Positions 9,778 to 20,899 of a DNA stretch of 64,000 nt are shown here, in pieces. Source of the stretch: an uncultured Collinsella sp. (GTDB lineage: Bacteria > Actinomycetota > Coriobacteriia > Coriobacteriales > Coriobacteriaceae); assembly GCA_900541125.1 (NCBI GenBank), contig UQIK01000009.1:2829-66828 (forward strand), in the 5' to 3' direction. A program made the position numbers and the translations under genes. The first letter of the stretch is position 1; each line of letters opens with the position of its first letter. A model generated the notes under the pieces. The model saw nothing but the letters and a program-made list of their open reading frames with translations. It had not been told where the DNA came from and made no database searches.

Positions 9778-11573
9778 TCACCCGCCCTCGGCATCAAGAC
9801 GATCATGCGCAGCTGGCCGGGCTCGCCCTCAAGGCGGTATGCCACGTTGCGCCCTTGCAGAGCGCTTTCGAGCTCTTGCGCAGCGGGCGTCTGCGAAAGA
9901 TCTGCATCATCGTTGGAAAAAAGCGTGGCGCGCAGCTCGACACTGCATCGGTCATGGTCGCCCAAGTGATACATAAGCGCCGGATGGTCGGTGGTGTAGG
10001 CAAAAAACGCAAAGTCATACACGCAGTCGTACAGGGCGCTTACCGTACTGGCGTGCATCGGGCGCCGTATGGCGATAATCGAGGCGCAATCGATATCGAT
10101 GGTGCGCAGGTCGCTTGCGAGCTCGTTGGCAATGAGCTGAATGCGGTCGCGATCAAAACCGCTCTCCCCGTACTGTGCCAACGTGAGCGACCCCTTGCGC
10201 TTGCAATAGGCGACGAGCATCTTGGCGCGCTGCAGCATGCGGTAACGCTCGTGCGAAGACGCCTCGTCGGTCAACGGCGGCAGCGAGCTCAGCAAGTCGT
10301 ACATCCCTTTGAGCGCGCGAGCAAGCGCCTGGTCCACGTCTTGGACCAGCAAGGTCTCGGCCTCTTGATCTGCCAAATGCGTCTTAAGGTCGTAGTCGGC
10401 GGCGAGCAGCTCGTTTTGACGCTGCAGCTCCATGCGACGATGTGCCAGTTCACGGTTAAGCTCGTTGAGATCCGACACGTCTTGGGCAAGCAGGGCCGAT
10501 CCGCCCAGCAGTGGAAAGGCACGGTACATCACATCGGGATCGGACGCCACGGCAAAGGCATGGGCGCGGCCGTGCGCCTGGGCCCGCAACTCCTCGCGCA
10601 CGCCTACCGGCATTGGCTTTGACACTGGCGTGACATAGACTTCCTGCAGGTCGCGCGTTAGAACTTTGAGGTCAAGCGGCAAGGTGTCGAAAATGCCGGC
10701 AATGTCGTGATATGACGGAATGACACCGCAATCGAGACAGATTTCCATCGCCACCACGCACAGAACGCAATAGACGAGCGAAAAGTTGAGCTTCCATGCC
10801 CAGGGCACGCGCAACGCATACGAGATGGCAAAGAATGCGCCACCCAGCAGTACGAGCGCCGCCGTACCCGAGAAACGCTGGATGCGAAAGGACGAGGACC
10901 GACCAACCAGGATAAAAAAGGTCACGAAGTTAAAGGCCGTCCACACTAAGACGGCGAAATAACCCCAGCCGTACGTGTAATCGTTGCTCCAGGTGTCGCT
11001 TGTACGGTCAAAGTGGAAGACCTGCTGGTGAAAATCGTTGGTGAGCACAAATCCGATAAGCAGGATGGCCACAATCCACAGCGCAGCGCAGTAGCGGCGA
11101 CCCAGGCGGTGTTGCTCCAGACCCGCAAGGCGCAAACCACACAACTGGTAGAGCAGCGGAATGAGCGTCATGGGCACGTAGTACAGGTACCACAGCACGG
11201 TGGCATAGAACGGCGTGAACGACTTGTACTTGAGAATGACTTCGATCATCCACAGGGCGCAGATGGTGGCGATGGCAACAAGGCGGCGGCGCAGCACATA
11301 GTCCAAACAGCGCAGATAGACCGATACGCCCCAAATTGAAAATACAATTGCGGCGACAAGCAGCGGGAGAGAGCTCGAATGGACGAGCGCATCCACGACC
11401 TCTTCGGACACCTCGCTATAGGCGGGCGCGGCGTTAGAAAGTTTGGGGTCGAAGGCGAACAGTGCCGGCAAGACTGCCAAAAGCATGAGGAACAGCGCAG
11501 TGATGACACCGGCGATAGCAAAGACGCGGTGGCGGTACATCCGATGTGTTATGCCAACAAGGAATCGCGGCAT
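9774..11573 (-). CDS. Multi-TM histidine-kinase-like membrane protein lacking recognisable H, N and G boxes (possible accessory sensor or pseudokinase)
   Basis: About 7 or more TM helices, then a coiled-coil (LNRELAHRRMELQRQNELLAAD) and an alpha/beta C-terminal domain. I cannot find a phospho-acceptor or ATP-lid motif in it. The start is uncertain: ATG 11573 or 11540, and the track ORF extends to 11738. Confidence 0.55.
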   Translation of the reverse strand: MPRFLVGITHRMYRHRVFAIAGVITALFLMLLAVLPALFAFDPKLSNAAPAYSEVSEEVVDALVHSSSLPLLVAAIVFSIWGVSVYLRCLDYVLRRRLVAIATICALWMIEVILKYKSFTPFYATVLWYLYYVPMTLIPLLYQLCGLRLAGLEQHRLGRRYCAALWIVAILLIGFVLTNDFHQQVFHFDRTSDTWSNDYTYGWGYFAVLVWTAFNFVTFFILVGRSSSFRIQRFSGTAALVLLGGAFFAISYALRVPWAWKLNFSLVYCVLCVVAMEICLDCGVIPSYHDIAGIFDTLPLDLKVLTRDLQEVYVTPVSKPMPVGVREELRAQAHGRAHAFAVASDPDVMYRAFPLLGGSALLAQDVSDLNELNRELAHRRMELQRQNELLAADYDLKTHLADQEAETLLVQDVDQALARALKGMYDLLSSLPPLTDEASSHERYRMLQRAKMLVAYCKRKGSLTLAQYGESGFDRDRIQLIANELASDLRTIDIDCASIIAIRRPMHASTVSALYDCVYDFAFFAYTTDHPALMYHLGDHDRCSVELRATLFSNDDADLSQTPAAQELESALQGRNVAYRLEGEPGQLRMIVLMPRAGE

Positions 11574-11919
11574 GGCGAAGAGCCTGCCACCCCTGGGATC
11601 CGCCACGGGGGCGGATCGGGCGGCCGCGTGGCCGATATGTCGCTCGCGGGTACCCATAGTGCTTTTAGTGTACCGACAGATGGGTCGAAAAAGCGGGCCG
11701 CATGTCCCAAAATCCGCAGACGGCAAGGTGCCCGGCAAGCATTAACTGCTCGCCGGGCGCCTTGGTTAGGACGTTATAAAGCAGGACTTCCGAAACGCGG
11801 CGGTCAGGTCAGCCTCCTAAGGGCCTGAGGTGCTCAAGATTGGGAGCGACAAGCCCGACGAAGCGTACTTTAGGTACGCGAGGAGGGTTGGAGCCCCAAG
11901 GTTGAGTGCCTCAGTGCCC

Positions 11920-13750
<1,831 letters not shown>

Positions 13751-13815
13751 CTCAGCAATTCATTTGACTGAATAGGAAAGAAAGGAAAAAATAGGGAAAA
13801 AAGGAAAGGAGACTT

Positions 13816-14922
13816 ATGACTGAAACCATCTTCTCCCCCTCATTTGGAAATCGCCCGTCCTATCTGGTGGGTCGCGGGAACGTGATTTCGACATTCATCT
13901 CCGGTCTTGAGCAGAAGCCGGGCAATCGAGACCGAGCCATGCTCATGCTCGGCCAGCGAGGCAGCGGCAAGACGGTTCTTCTGTGGGAACTTGCCGACCG
14001 CGCACGCAAGCTCGGTTTTGTTGTCGCCACACCCACCGTAGCCTCCGAAGATATGCTTGAGCGCATTGTTGAAAAAATCCAAGAAGCAGGCGAGCCTTAT
14101 GTCAGCAAGCGTCATCTCCCCAAACTTTCTGGCGGTAGCTTGAGCGTCTTCGGCTTCTCAGCCGGTCTCGAGTTCACACGCGATGTGCAGGAGACCAAGA
14201 GTTTCCAGTTCAAACTCACGCAGCTGGCGCGCAAGCTGACCGAGCAGGGGCACGGCATCCTCATCCTTATCGATGAGCTCCAAGCTAATTCACCTGAGAT
14301 TAGACAGCTCGTCACCGCCTATCAAGAGCTGGTCGGTGAGGGACTCAACGTCGCGCTTGTTATGGCAGGTCTCCCGGGAGCCGTCTGTGCAACGCTCAAT
14401 GACCGCGTGCTGACATTTCTCAACCGCGCTCGCAAGGTCACGCTCGAACCGCTTTCAGTCGGAGATGTCGATGCCTATTATCAGCGGGCTTTCGAAGAGC
14501 TCGACCTTGATATTCCAGGCGATCTTCGCCTCCGTGCCGCTCGCGCAACCCAAGGCTCGCCCTATATGCTGCAGCTCATCGGCTATAACATCGGCAATCG
14601 CTGCAAGACAGGAGAACACGTAACGCCAGAGCAAGTCGACGGAGCTATCGAAGCGTCAAAAGCCGATTTCGAAAACGATGTTTGTGAAACGACGCTCGCC
14701 GCGCTATCGGACCAAGACGTCGCGTTTCTCGACGCAATGACTGATGACGAAGACGCCGTTTCGCGCATTTCCGATGTAGCGAAACGTATGTCAGTCACAC
14801 CCGACTATGCGCAAAAGTATCGCCGGCGCCTCATCGACGCCGGCGTAATCGAACAGGCGCGCCGCGGTTACGTGCGTTTCGCCGTTCCATATATGGCTGA
14901 CTATCTGCGCAGCCAACTCTAG
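13816..14922 (+). CDS. Orphan AAA/ORC-like ATPase with a C-terminal winged-helix domain
   Basis: Walker A GQRGSGKT and Walker B LILIDELQ. The C-terminal segment is SRISDVAKRMSVTPDYAQKYRRRLIDAGVIE. An A/T-rich leader carries AAAGGAGA before the ATG. Its G+C is visibly lower than that of its neighbours. Confidence 0.7.
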   Translation: MTETIFSPSFGNRPSYLVGRGNVISTFISGLEQKPGNRDRAMLMLGQRGSGKTVLLWELADRARKLGFVVATPTVASEDMLERIVEKIQEAGEPYVSKRHLPKLSGGSLSVFGFSAGLEFTRDVQETKSFQFKLTQLARKLTEQGHGILILIDELQANSPEIRQLVTAYQELVGEGLNVALVMAGLPGAVCATLNDRVLTFLNRARKVTLEPLSVGDVDAYYQRAFEELDLDIPGDLRLRAARATQGSPYMLQLIGYNIGNRCKTGEHVTPEQVDGAIEASKADFENDVCETTLAALSDQDVAFLDAMTDDEDAVSRISDVAKRMSVTPDYAQKYRRRLIDAGVIEQARRGYVRFAVPYMADYLRSQL

Positions 14923-14926
14923 GCAG

Positions 14927-15093
14927 CCACCACAAAGGGGACAGGCACCTTTGTGGCGGCTTGGGCCCGGTTTGTCTCGATCTGTAACAGGTAGAGACGA
15001 TTTGGCCCGCTAGATGTTACAGATTGAGACGGAAGATTCTAGTCGCAGGCGATGTCGAGGTTCTTGCCGATGAGGCCTACGTAGCCGCCCTCG
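14927..15093. repeat. Right copy of the direct repeat flanking the ATPase cassette
   Basis: It has the same hairpin and one family-C palindrome (14975-15028). It overlaps the genuine 3' end of the DUF4867 gene. See 13504-13750 for the left copy. Confidence 0.85.
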
Positions 15094-15683
15094 GCAGCCT
15101 TGGGGCTGTCAGCATGGCAGAGAACCCACTTGTCGGCCTTCCAGTAGCAGTAGCTGTCACCGGCGGTAGACATGTCGGCCGCGGCCTCGGGGCGCGGGCC
15201 GTTGGTGCCCGCCGGCAGCGCCACCATCACCTGGAAGCCGCCGTCGTCGACCATGCAGGGCGTGTAGTGGAGCGTGGTGTTGAAGACCTCGACAACCGTA
15301 CCCGCCGGCACGCGGAACGCCTTGACGCACGCGGTATCGAGCTCGCCGTCCTCGATCTCCCAGCGATGCGCCACGAGCAGGATAAAGTCGCGCGCGCCCA
15401 GGTTGAACTCACTCGCGCGGTGGTACTCCAGGCAGTTGAGACGCGTGTTGTGGCCGTTGCACCAGCCGAGCTGGAAGGGACGGCCACCAAACATGAGAAA
15501 GCCCAGTTTATCGGCATCCTTGACGCCCTCGAGCTCCGGCGCACTTGCTACGTACTTGCTGCCCTCGGGAATGGGCGTGGCAGAAAGCGCCTCGAGCACG
15601 GGCGACGTGAGCTCGGACGGAACGTCATCCCAAACGTTGCCATAGGATTTGAACTCGGGATCGTTGACAGAATAGATATGCAT
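15039..15683 (-). CDS. DUF4867-like cupin-fold protein (uncharacterised)
   Basis: MHIYSVNDPEFKSYGNVW...LGWCNGHNTRLNCLEYHRASE...HYTPC matches my memory of DUF4867 family sequences (GYCNGHNxxLNAxEYHR). Confidence 0.6.
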   Translation of the reverse strand: MHIYSVNDPEFKSYGNVWDDVPSELTSPVLEALSATPIPEGSKYVASAPELEGVKDADKLGFLMFGGRPFQLGWCNGHNTRLNCLEYHRASEFNLGARDFILLVAHRWEIEDGELDTACVKAFRVPAGTVVEVFNTTLHYTPCMVDDGGFQVMVALPAGTNGPRPEAAADMSTAGDSYCYWKADKWVLCHADSPKAAEGGYVGLIGKNLDIACD

Positions 15684-15827
15684 GTTCGCTCCTGTTCGTA
15701 AATGTGACTATATGAACATTCTAGAACAAACATGAGCGATTTTGAACGCTTATCCCGACCACTCAACAAAAAGGCGCCCCCGCATAAGCGAAGGCGCCCA
15801 ATGTGCGCGTTTTGAGCGATAAAGCCC

Positions 15828-16316
15828 TTATGCCTGCTGATAGTGCAGGTGCTTCTCGTCGATATCGGCCAGGTCACGGTCGAGATAGCGGCGCGCGAGC
15901 CAGTTTGCCATGGGGAGGTTCTGGTCCAGATAGTTACCGCACTCCTCGGGAGCGGCACCGGGGATATCGCCCTCAAAGCCGGCGACAAACTCGAACAGCT
16001 CACGCACGAGCGGCAAGATCTCCTCGCTCGTCAGCTCACCAAAGACAACCAGGTAAAAGCCCGTGCGGCAGCCCATGGGGCCAAAGTAGACAATGCGGCT
16101 CGACCACTCGGCATGATTGCGAAGGAACGTCGCGCCCAGGTGCTCGATGGTGTGGCACTCGGCCGTGTTCATGACCGGCTCCTTATTGGGCGTGGTCAGG
16201 CGCAGGTCAAAGGTGGTGACGGCGGCGCCGGTCGCCGGATCGCGGTCGATGCGGCTCACATACACGCCGGGCTCAAGCAGCAGATGGTCAACGGAAAAAC
16301 TCGCGATGCGCTCCAT
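15828..16316 (-). CDS. luxS: S-ribosylhomocysteine lyase
   Basis: The metal site HTIEHL and the catalytic-region motif GPMGCRTGFY; the 162-aa length fits LuxS. Confidence 0.95.
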   Translation of the reverse strand: MERIASFSVDHLLLEPGVYVSRIDRDPATGAAVTTFDLRLTTPNKEPVMNTAECHTIEHLGATFLRNHAEWSSRIVYFGPMGCRTGFYLVVFGELTSEEILPLVRELFEFVAGFEGDIPGAAPEECGNYLDQNLPMANWLARRYLDRDLADIDEKHLHYQQA

Positions 16317-16417
16317 GGCAGATCCTCTCGATAGTCAAATTGGGACGGGGCTCTTTTAGCTGGTTCGAACGGTCGCACCAATCATACCAGTCAAAAACCC
16401 CGTCCCAAAAAGACAAC

Positions 16418-17392
16418 TTAGCCCAGGACACGGGCCATACGTGTCTTGAACTCGGACAGGAAGCGCGGAGCATCCACGGTCAGCGCCACAAGCGCGCTCT
16501 TGTCCGGATCGGACAGGCGGCGCTCATCGCAGATGGTGCGGCCGCGGTACTCGCCCAGCAGATCAACACGCAGGTTGCAGCCGAGCGCACCTACGAGCGT
16601 GGGGTCGATCGCCACGGCAACCGCCAGCGGATCATGCAGCGCGCAGCCACCCAGGTAGGGCGCGTTCATCTCGTACGAGCCAATGTAGTGCTCGACCATG
16701 CTCGCAAATGCGCAGCCCGCCATGGTGCCCGAGCCCGTCCAGCCGGCAATGTCGCGGCGTGTGAGCACCACGCGATGCGTCACGTCCAGACCCACCATGG
16801 TGAGCTTGCGACCTGAACGCAGCACCGCGTCGGCTGCCTCGGGGTCGCTCGCCATGTTGGCCTCGGCGCCCGCGCTCACGTTACCGGGCACGGTAAGGGC
16901 GCCGCCCATCACGACCACGCGGCCGATGGACATCATCGCCGCCGCATCGCGCTCCAGGGCGAGCGCCAGGTTGGAGAGCGGGCCAGTCGCTACGTAGACC
17001 AGATCGGGACCATAGGTGCGCGCGGCATCGATCAGATAATCGACCGCAGCGTTGCCGTCGGCCGAGGTCGCCCCCACCGGCTCGTAGGGCGACGCGGGCA
17101 CGCTCGCGCCGCCGATGCCGTTCTTGCCGTGAATGAGCGCGGTGGACGCCGGCGGCGTATAGGGCTCAGTCGCCTGCAGAGGACGGTCGGCACCCAGGTA
17201 CACCGGAACCTCGGGGCGACCCAGCAGATCGAGCACCGCCAGGCAATTGTGCGCCGATTGCTCGACGCGCACGTTGCCAAAGCACGTGGTGATGCCCACG
17301 AGCTCCACCTCGGGGCTCGCGATGGCATAGGCCAGCGCCATCGCATCGTCCACTCCCATATCCAGATCAAGGATCAGCTTCTTGATTGCCAT
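16418..17392 (-). CDS. Inosine/uridine-preferring nucleoside hydrolase family protein
   Basis: The N-terminal DLDMGVDDAMAL (DxDxxxDD) fingerprint; 324 aa. Confidence 0.9.
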   Translation of the reverse strand: MAIKKLILDLDMGVDDAMALAYAIASPEVELVGITTCFGNVRVEQSAHNCLAVLDLLGRPEVPVYLGADRPLQATEPYTPPASTALIHGKNGIGGASVPASPYEPVGATSADGNAAVDYLIDAARTYGPDLVYVATGPLSNLALALERDAAAMMSIGRVVVMGGALTVPGNVSAGAEANMASDPEAADAVLRSGRKLTMVGLDVTHRVVLTRRDIAGWTGSGTMAGCAFASMVEHYIGSYEMNAPYLGGCALHDPLAVAVAIDPTLVGALGCNLRVDLLGEYRGRTICDERRLSDPDKSALVALTVDAPRFLSEFKTRMARVLG

Positions 17393-17422
17393 TGTTCTAC
17401 TCCGCTTCTCCGTCTTTATCGT

Positions 17423-18385
17423 TTAACCAAACCAATGTTCAACTTCGGCGCGCGTGGGAATCGATTGCTGAGCGCCCAGGCGCGACACCGTCACTGCCGA
17501 GGCGCGAGCACCCGCGGCCATGCACTCAAAGAGCGGCAGGCCCTCTAGGCGAGCCGCCGCCAACGCGCCGATAAACGTATCGCCGGCGGCCGTGGTATCG
17601 ACTACCGTGCTCGAAAGCGCCGGCATGCGCAGCAGCTCGCCGTCATCACCGAGCGTAACCGAGCCGGCACCACCCAGCGTGATGACCGCAGCTCCGGCGC
17701 CCTTGTCGAGCAGCGCATTGAGCGCGGCGACGCAACTCGCATCATCCGTGGGCAGAATGCCCGTCAGCACCTGGCACTCGGTCTCGTTGGGGCAGACCAA
17801 GTCGACCGCAGGCCAGACCTCCGCAGGCAGCTCGCAGGCGGGCGCCGGATTAAAGACCGCATAGAACCCCAGCTCGTGAGCGCAAACAAGCGCATCGGCC
17901 GTCGCTGCAAGGTCACATTCACCCTGGGCGATAAAGACGCTTCCGGCAGCCGGGGCAATCTCGCCGGCGTCTCCGTCGAGCCCATCGGCCACCAGACGTC
18001 TCAGCGCGCAGGCAACGTCCTCACCCGCAAGCGCATGGTTGGCACCCGGTGACAGCACGATGCGGTTATCGCTCTCGCAGCGAATGATGGTCGCGGTACC
18101 GGTCTCCACGTCATCGCGACGCGCCACAAACTCAACGCCCACGCCGGCATCCTGAAGTCCCGCCACCAGCGCATCGCCAAACGTATCGCGCCCAACCGCG
18201 CCGATCATGCACGTGCGCGCACCCATGCGCGCGGCGGCAACGGCCTGGTTAGCGCCCTTGCCACCGGCGTTGGTGATAAAACCGCTGCCGCCGACGGTCT
18301 CGCCCGCGCGCGGCATGCGCTCGCACGCCACCGAAAGGTCCATGTTCATGCTGCCGAACACCGCAACGACGCCGCGATCTGCCAT
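17423..18385 (-). CDS. rbsK: Ribokinase
   Basis: NAGGKGANQAVAAARMG and DTTAAGDTFIGAL motifs. The start was re-placed at ATG 18385, behind GAGGAGG. Confidence 0.85.
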   Translation of the reverse strand: MADRGVVAVFGSMNMDLSVACERMPRAGETVGGSGFITNAGGKGANQAVAAARMGARTCMIGAVGRDTFGDALVAGLQDAGVGVEFVARRDDVETGTATIIRCESDNRIVLSPGANHALAGEDVACALRRLVADGLDGDAGEIAPAAGSVFIAQGECDLAATADALVCAHELGFYAVFNPAPACELPAEVWPAVDLVCPNETECQVLTGILPTDDASCVAALNALLDKGAGAAVITLGGAGSVTLGDDGELLRMPALSSTVVDTTAAGDTFIGALAAARLEGLPLFECMAAGARASAVTVSRLGAQQSIPTRAEVEHWFG

Positions 18386-18572
18386 GGAAACCTCCTCATC
18401 TGCGGGCCTTATGCCCACCGCCGGCCGTCGATCGTGCACTCTCGTACCCCCTATAACTTTAGTTCACTTTGATGTGGACGCGCGCTTGAGCTTGCGCCAG
18501 CAGCAAGCATTCACAGGAGCAGGCAGCTACAATGAAGGCGTGCTGATTATTCTCGTCATTGGATGATGTTTT

Positions 18573-20789
18573 ATGGAACAACTCTCGCAATCGGGCTCGC
18601 GCGGTCGACGCCGCACGGGCAACGAGCCGGCGCCGCACGAACGCGTGAAGGGCGAACGCCGCGCCAACGAACCGCGACGCACCGCGAGCCCCCATCGCGC
18701 TTCTGCCAACAACACGGGCCGCGCCAACACTCCCGCCGCGGAGCAGACGCCTGCTCGCCCCAAGTCCCGCTACATCCCTGCACTCGACGGCCTGCGTACG
18801 CTCGCCGTCGTCGCGGTGGTGCTCTATCACCTTAACCTCACGTGGGCTCAGGGCGGCCTGCTTGGCGTCACGATCTTCTTTGTGCTTTCGGGCTATCTGA
18901 TCACGCGCTTGCTGCTCAACGAAGTCGCTAAGACCGGACGCATCGACCTCAAGAGCTTCTGGATTCGCCGCATCCGTCGCCTGGTCCCCGCCGTGGTAAC
19001 GGTAGTGTTTGTAACCTGCGCGCTGTGCACTATCTTTAACCACGTGATGCTCACCAAGATGCGCCCCGACATCCTGCCGTCGCTGCTGTTCTTCAACAAC
19101 TGGTGGCAGATTGCCCAAAACGTCTCGTACTTCAATGCTCTGGGCGACCCCTCGCCGCTCACGCACTTTTGGTCGCTTGCCATCGAGGAACAGTTCTACC
19201 TGATTTGGCCGCCACTGCTGTTTGCCATGGTATCCATGCATGTGAGCAAGCCCAACACGCGCCGCGTGGTTCTGGGCCTTGCCGCGGTATCTGCCCTCGC
19301 CATGATGGTGCTTTACAACCCTGCCGCCGACCCCAGCCGCGTGTACTACGGCACCGACACCCGTGTGTTCTCGCTGCTGCTGGGTGCCTGGATGGCCTTT
19401 ATTCCCGATCGCGATCTGGCGCCAGTTCGTCTCGCTCGTCGTTTGGGGCTCAATCGCCTGGCTGGCGCCGCCAAGCACGGCAAGAACGCCGAGGGCAAGC
19501 CTGGCGAGAAGGCCGACGAAACAGCCGAGACCGCCCCGGCACAGCCGAGCGCCCTCGTGCGTTTTTGGTCCTCGCCCGCATCCATCGATGTGTTGGGCGT
19601 CGTGGGTCTGGTTGGCCTTGCCGCCATGGTCGCGCTCACCAACGGCTACACCGCCTTCCAGTATCGCGGAGGCACACTGCTGTGCTCGATCCTCACGCTC
19701 ATGGTCATCGCGGCCTGCGTGCAGCCCCAGGGAATGGTTGCCCGTGCGCTGTCCGCCGAGCCGCTCGTGTGGGTTGGCAAGCGCTCGTACAGCATCTACC
19801 TGTGGCACTATCCGCTGCTGTTGCTCATGAACCCGGTCGCCAACATCAACGATACACCGTGGTGGCAGTACATTTTGCAGGTGCTGTTGGTGGTCGCCGT
19901 GGCCGAATGCTCATATCGCTTTATCGAGACGCCGTTTAGAAAGGGCGCCTTTGGGCGCACCGTATCCGAGTTCCACGACGGCACCGCCACGCCCGCCAAC
20001 TGGGTGCGCGCGCACGTCCCTGCCTGCGCAGCCTGCGCTGTCGTGTTGGTCGTTGCACTGGGCGGCCTGATCTTTGTGCCCGAGACGTCTGCGCTGAGCG
20101 GCGAGGGTGCCGAAGTTCTGAACAAGGAAGCCAAGAACGCCGCACCCACCGACCAGCAGGCGGCCGACGACACCGACAAGGACAACGACGGCTTCCCCGA
20201 CGGCTCCTACGACCTGTTGATGATCGGTGACTCCGTGTCGCTGCGCGCCGTTGATTCCTTTGACGGCGTGTTCCCGCACAGCCATATCGATGCCGAAAAG
20301 GGCCGCCAGTTCGATGCGGGCCGTGCGACATTTGAGGGCTATCTTCAACAGAACCTTGCCGGCAAGATCGTGGTCTTTGCGCTGGGCACCAACGGCTTGG
20401 TAACCGACGACCAAATCGACGCCATCATGGCCGATGCAGGAGATAAGCGTATTGTGGTGTTTGTGAACACGCGCAGCCCGCAGCCGTGGGTTGGCTCTAC
20501 CAACCAGGCCATCGCCAACGCCGCTACGCGCTACAAGAACGTACGCGTTATCGACTGGTACGGATACAGTGCCAACCGCAACGACCTGTTCGATGGCGAT
20601 GGCACGCATCTATCGACCACTGGCGTGACTGAGTACCTCAACTTGATCCACGACGCAGTCAAGAAGGACCTGCCCGTGCATCCTGAGGATCACGTCAACG
20701 ATCCGCAACCGGCAGCCGTCAAGTCTGCCACCGACGCGCTCGTCAATGCGCTCGCTCTCAAGCCGCACAAGCTGAGCACCGACAAGTAG
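18573..20789 (+). CDS. OatA-like acyltransferase (acyltransferase-3 membrane domain plus C-terminal SGNH domain)
   Basis: YIPALDGLRTLAVVAVVLYHL...FFVLSGYLIT with about 10 TM helices. The C-terminal LLMIGDSVS block is the SGNH block I. The exact start is uncertain. Confidence 0.85.
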   Translation: MEQLSQSGSRGRRRTGNEPAPHERVKGERRANEPRRTASPHRASANNTGRANTPAAEQTPARPKSRYIPALDGLRTLAVVAVVLYHLNLTWAQGGLLGVTIFFVLSGYLITRLLLNEVAKTGRIDLKSFWIRRIRRLVPAVVTVVFVTCALCTIFNHVMLTKMRPDILPSLLFFNNWWQIAQNVSYFNALGDPSPLTHFWSLAIEEQFYLIWPPLLFAMVSMHVSKPNTRRVVLGLAAVSALAMMVLYNPAADPSRVYYGTDTRVFSLLLGAWMAFIPDRDLAPVRLARRLGLNRLAGAAKHGKNAEGKPGEKADETAETAPAQPSALVRFWSSPASIDVLGVVGLVGLAAMVALTNGYTAFQYRGGTLLCSILTLMVIAACVQPQGMVARALSAEPLVWVGKRSYSIYLWHYPLLLLMNPVANINDTPWWQYILQVLLVVAVAECSYRFIETPFRKGAFGRTVSEFHDGTATPANWVRAHVPACAACAVVLVVALGGLIFVPETSALSGEGAEVLNKEAKNAAPTDQQAADDTDKDNDGFPDGSYDLLMIGDSVSLRAVDSFDGVFPHSHIDAEKGRQFDAGRATFEGYLQQNLAGKIVVFALGTNGLVTDDQIDAIMADAGDKRIVVFVNTRSPQPWVGSTNQAIANAATRYKNVRVIDWYGYSANRNDLFDGDGTHLSTTGVTEYLNLIHDAVKKDLPVHPEDHVNDPQPAAVKSATDALVNALALKPHKLSTDK

Positions 20790-20845
20790 TCCGCAGCAAA
20801 CAACCCAAAATCACTCTTTTCGAGCCGGCCCCAAGAGGTCGCGGG

Positions 20846-20883
20846 CAAAAAACAGGCCGCAGCCCATGGCGGCGGCCTGTTTG
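20846..20883. terminator. Bidirectional terminator between convergent genes
   Basis: AAAAAA-CAGGCCGC-N11-GCGGCCTG-TTT. Confidence 0.55.
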
Positions 20884-20899
20884 GAGTCCAAAAGAGGCG

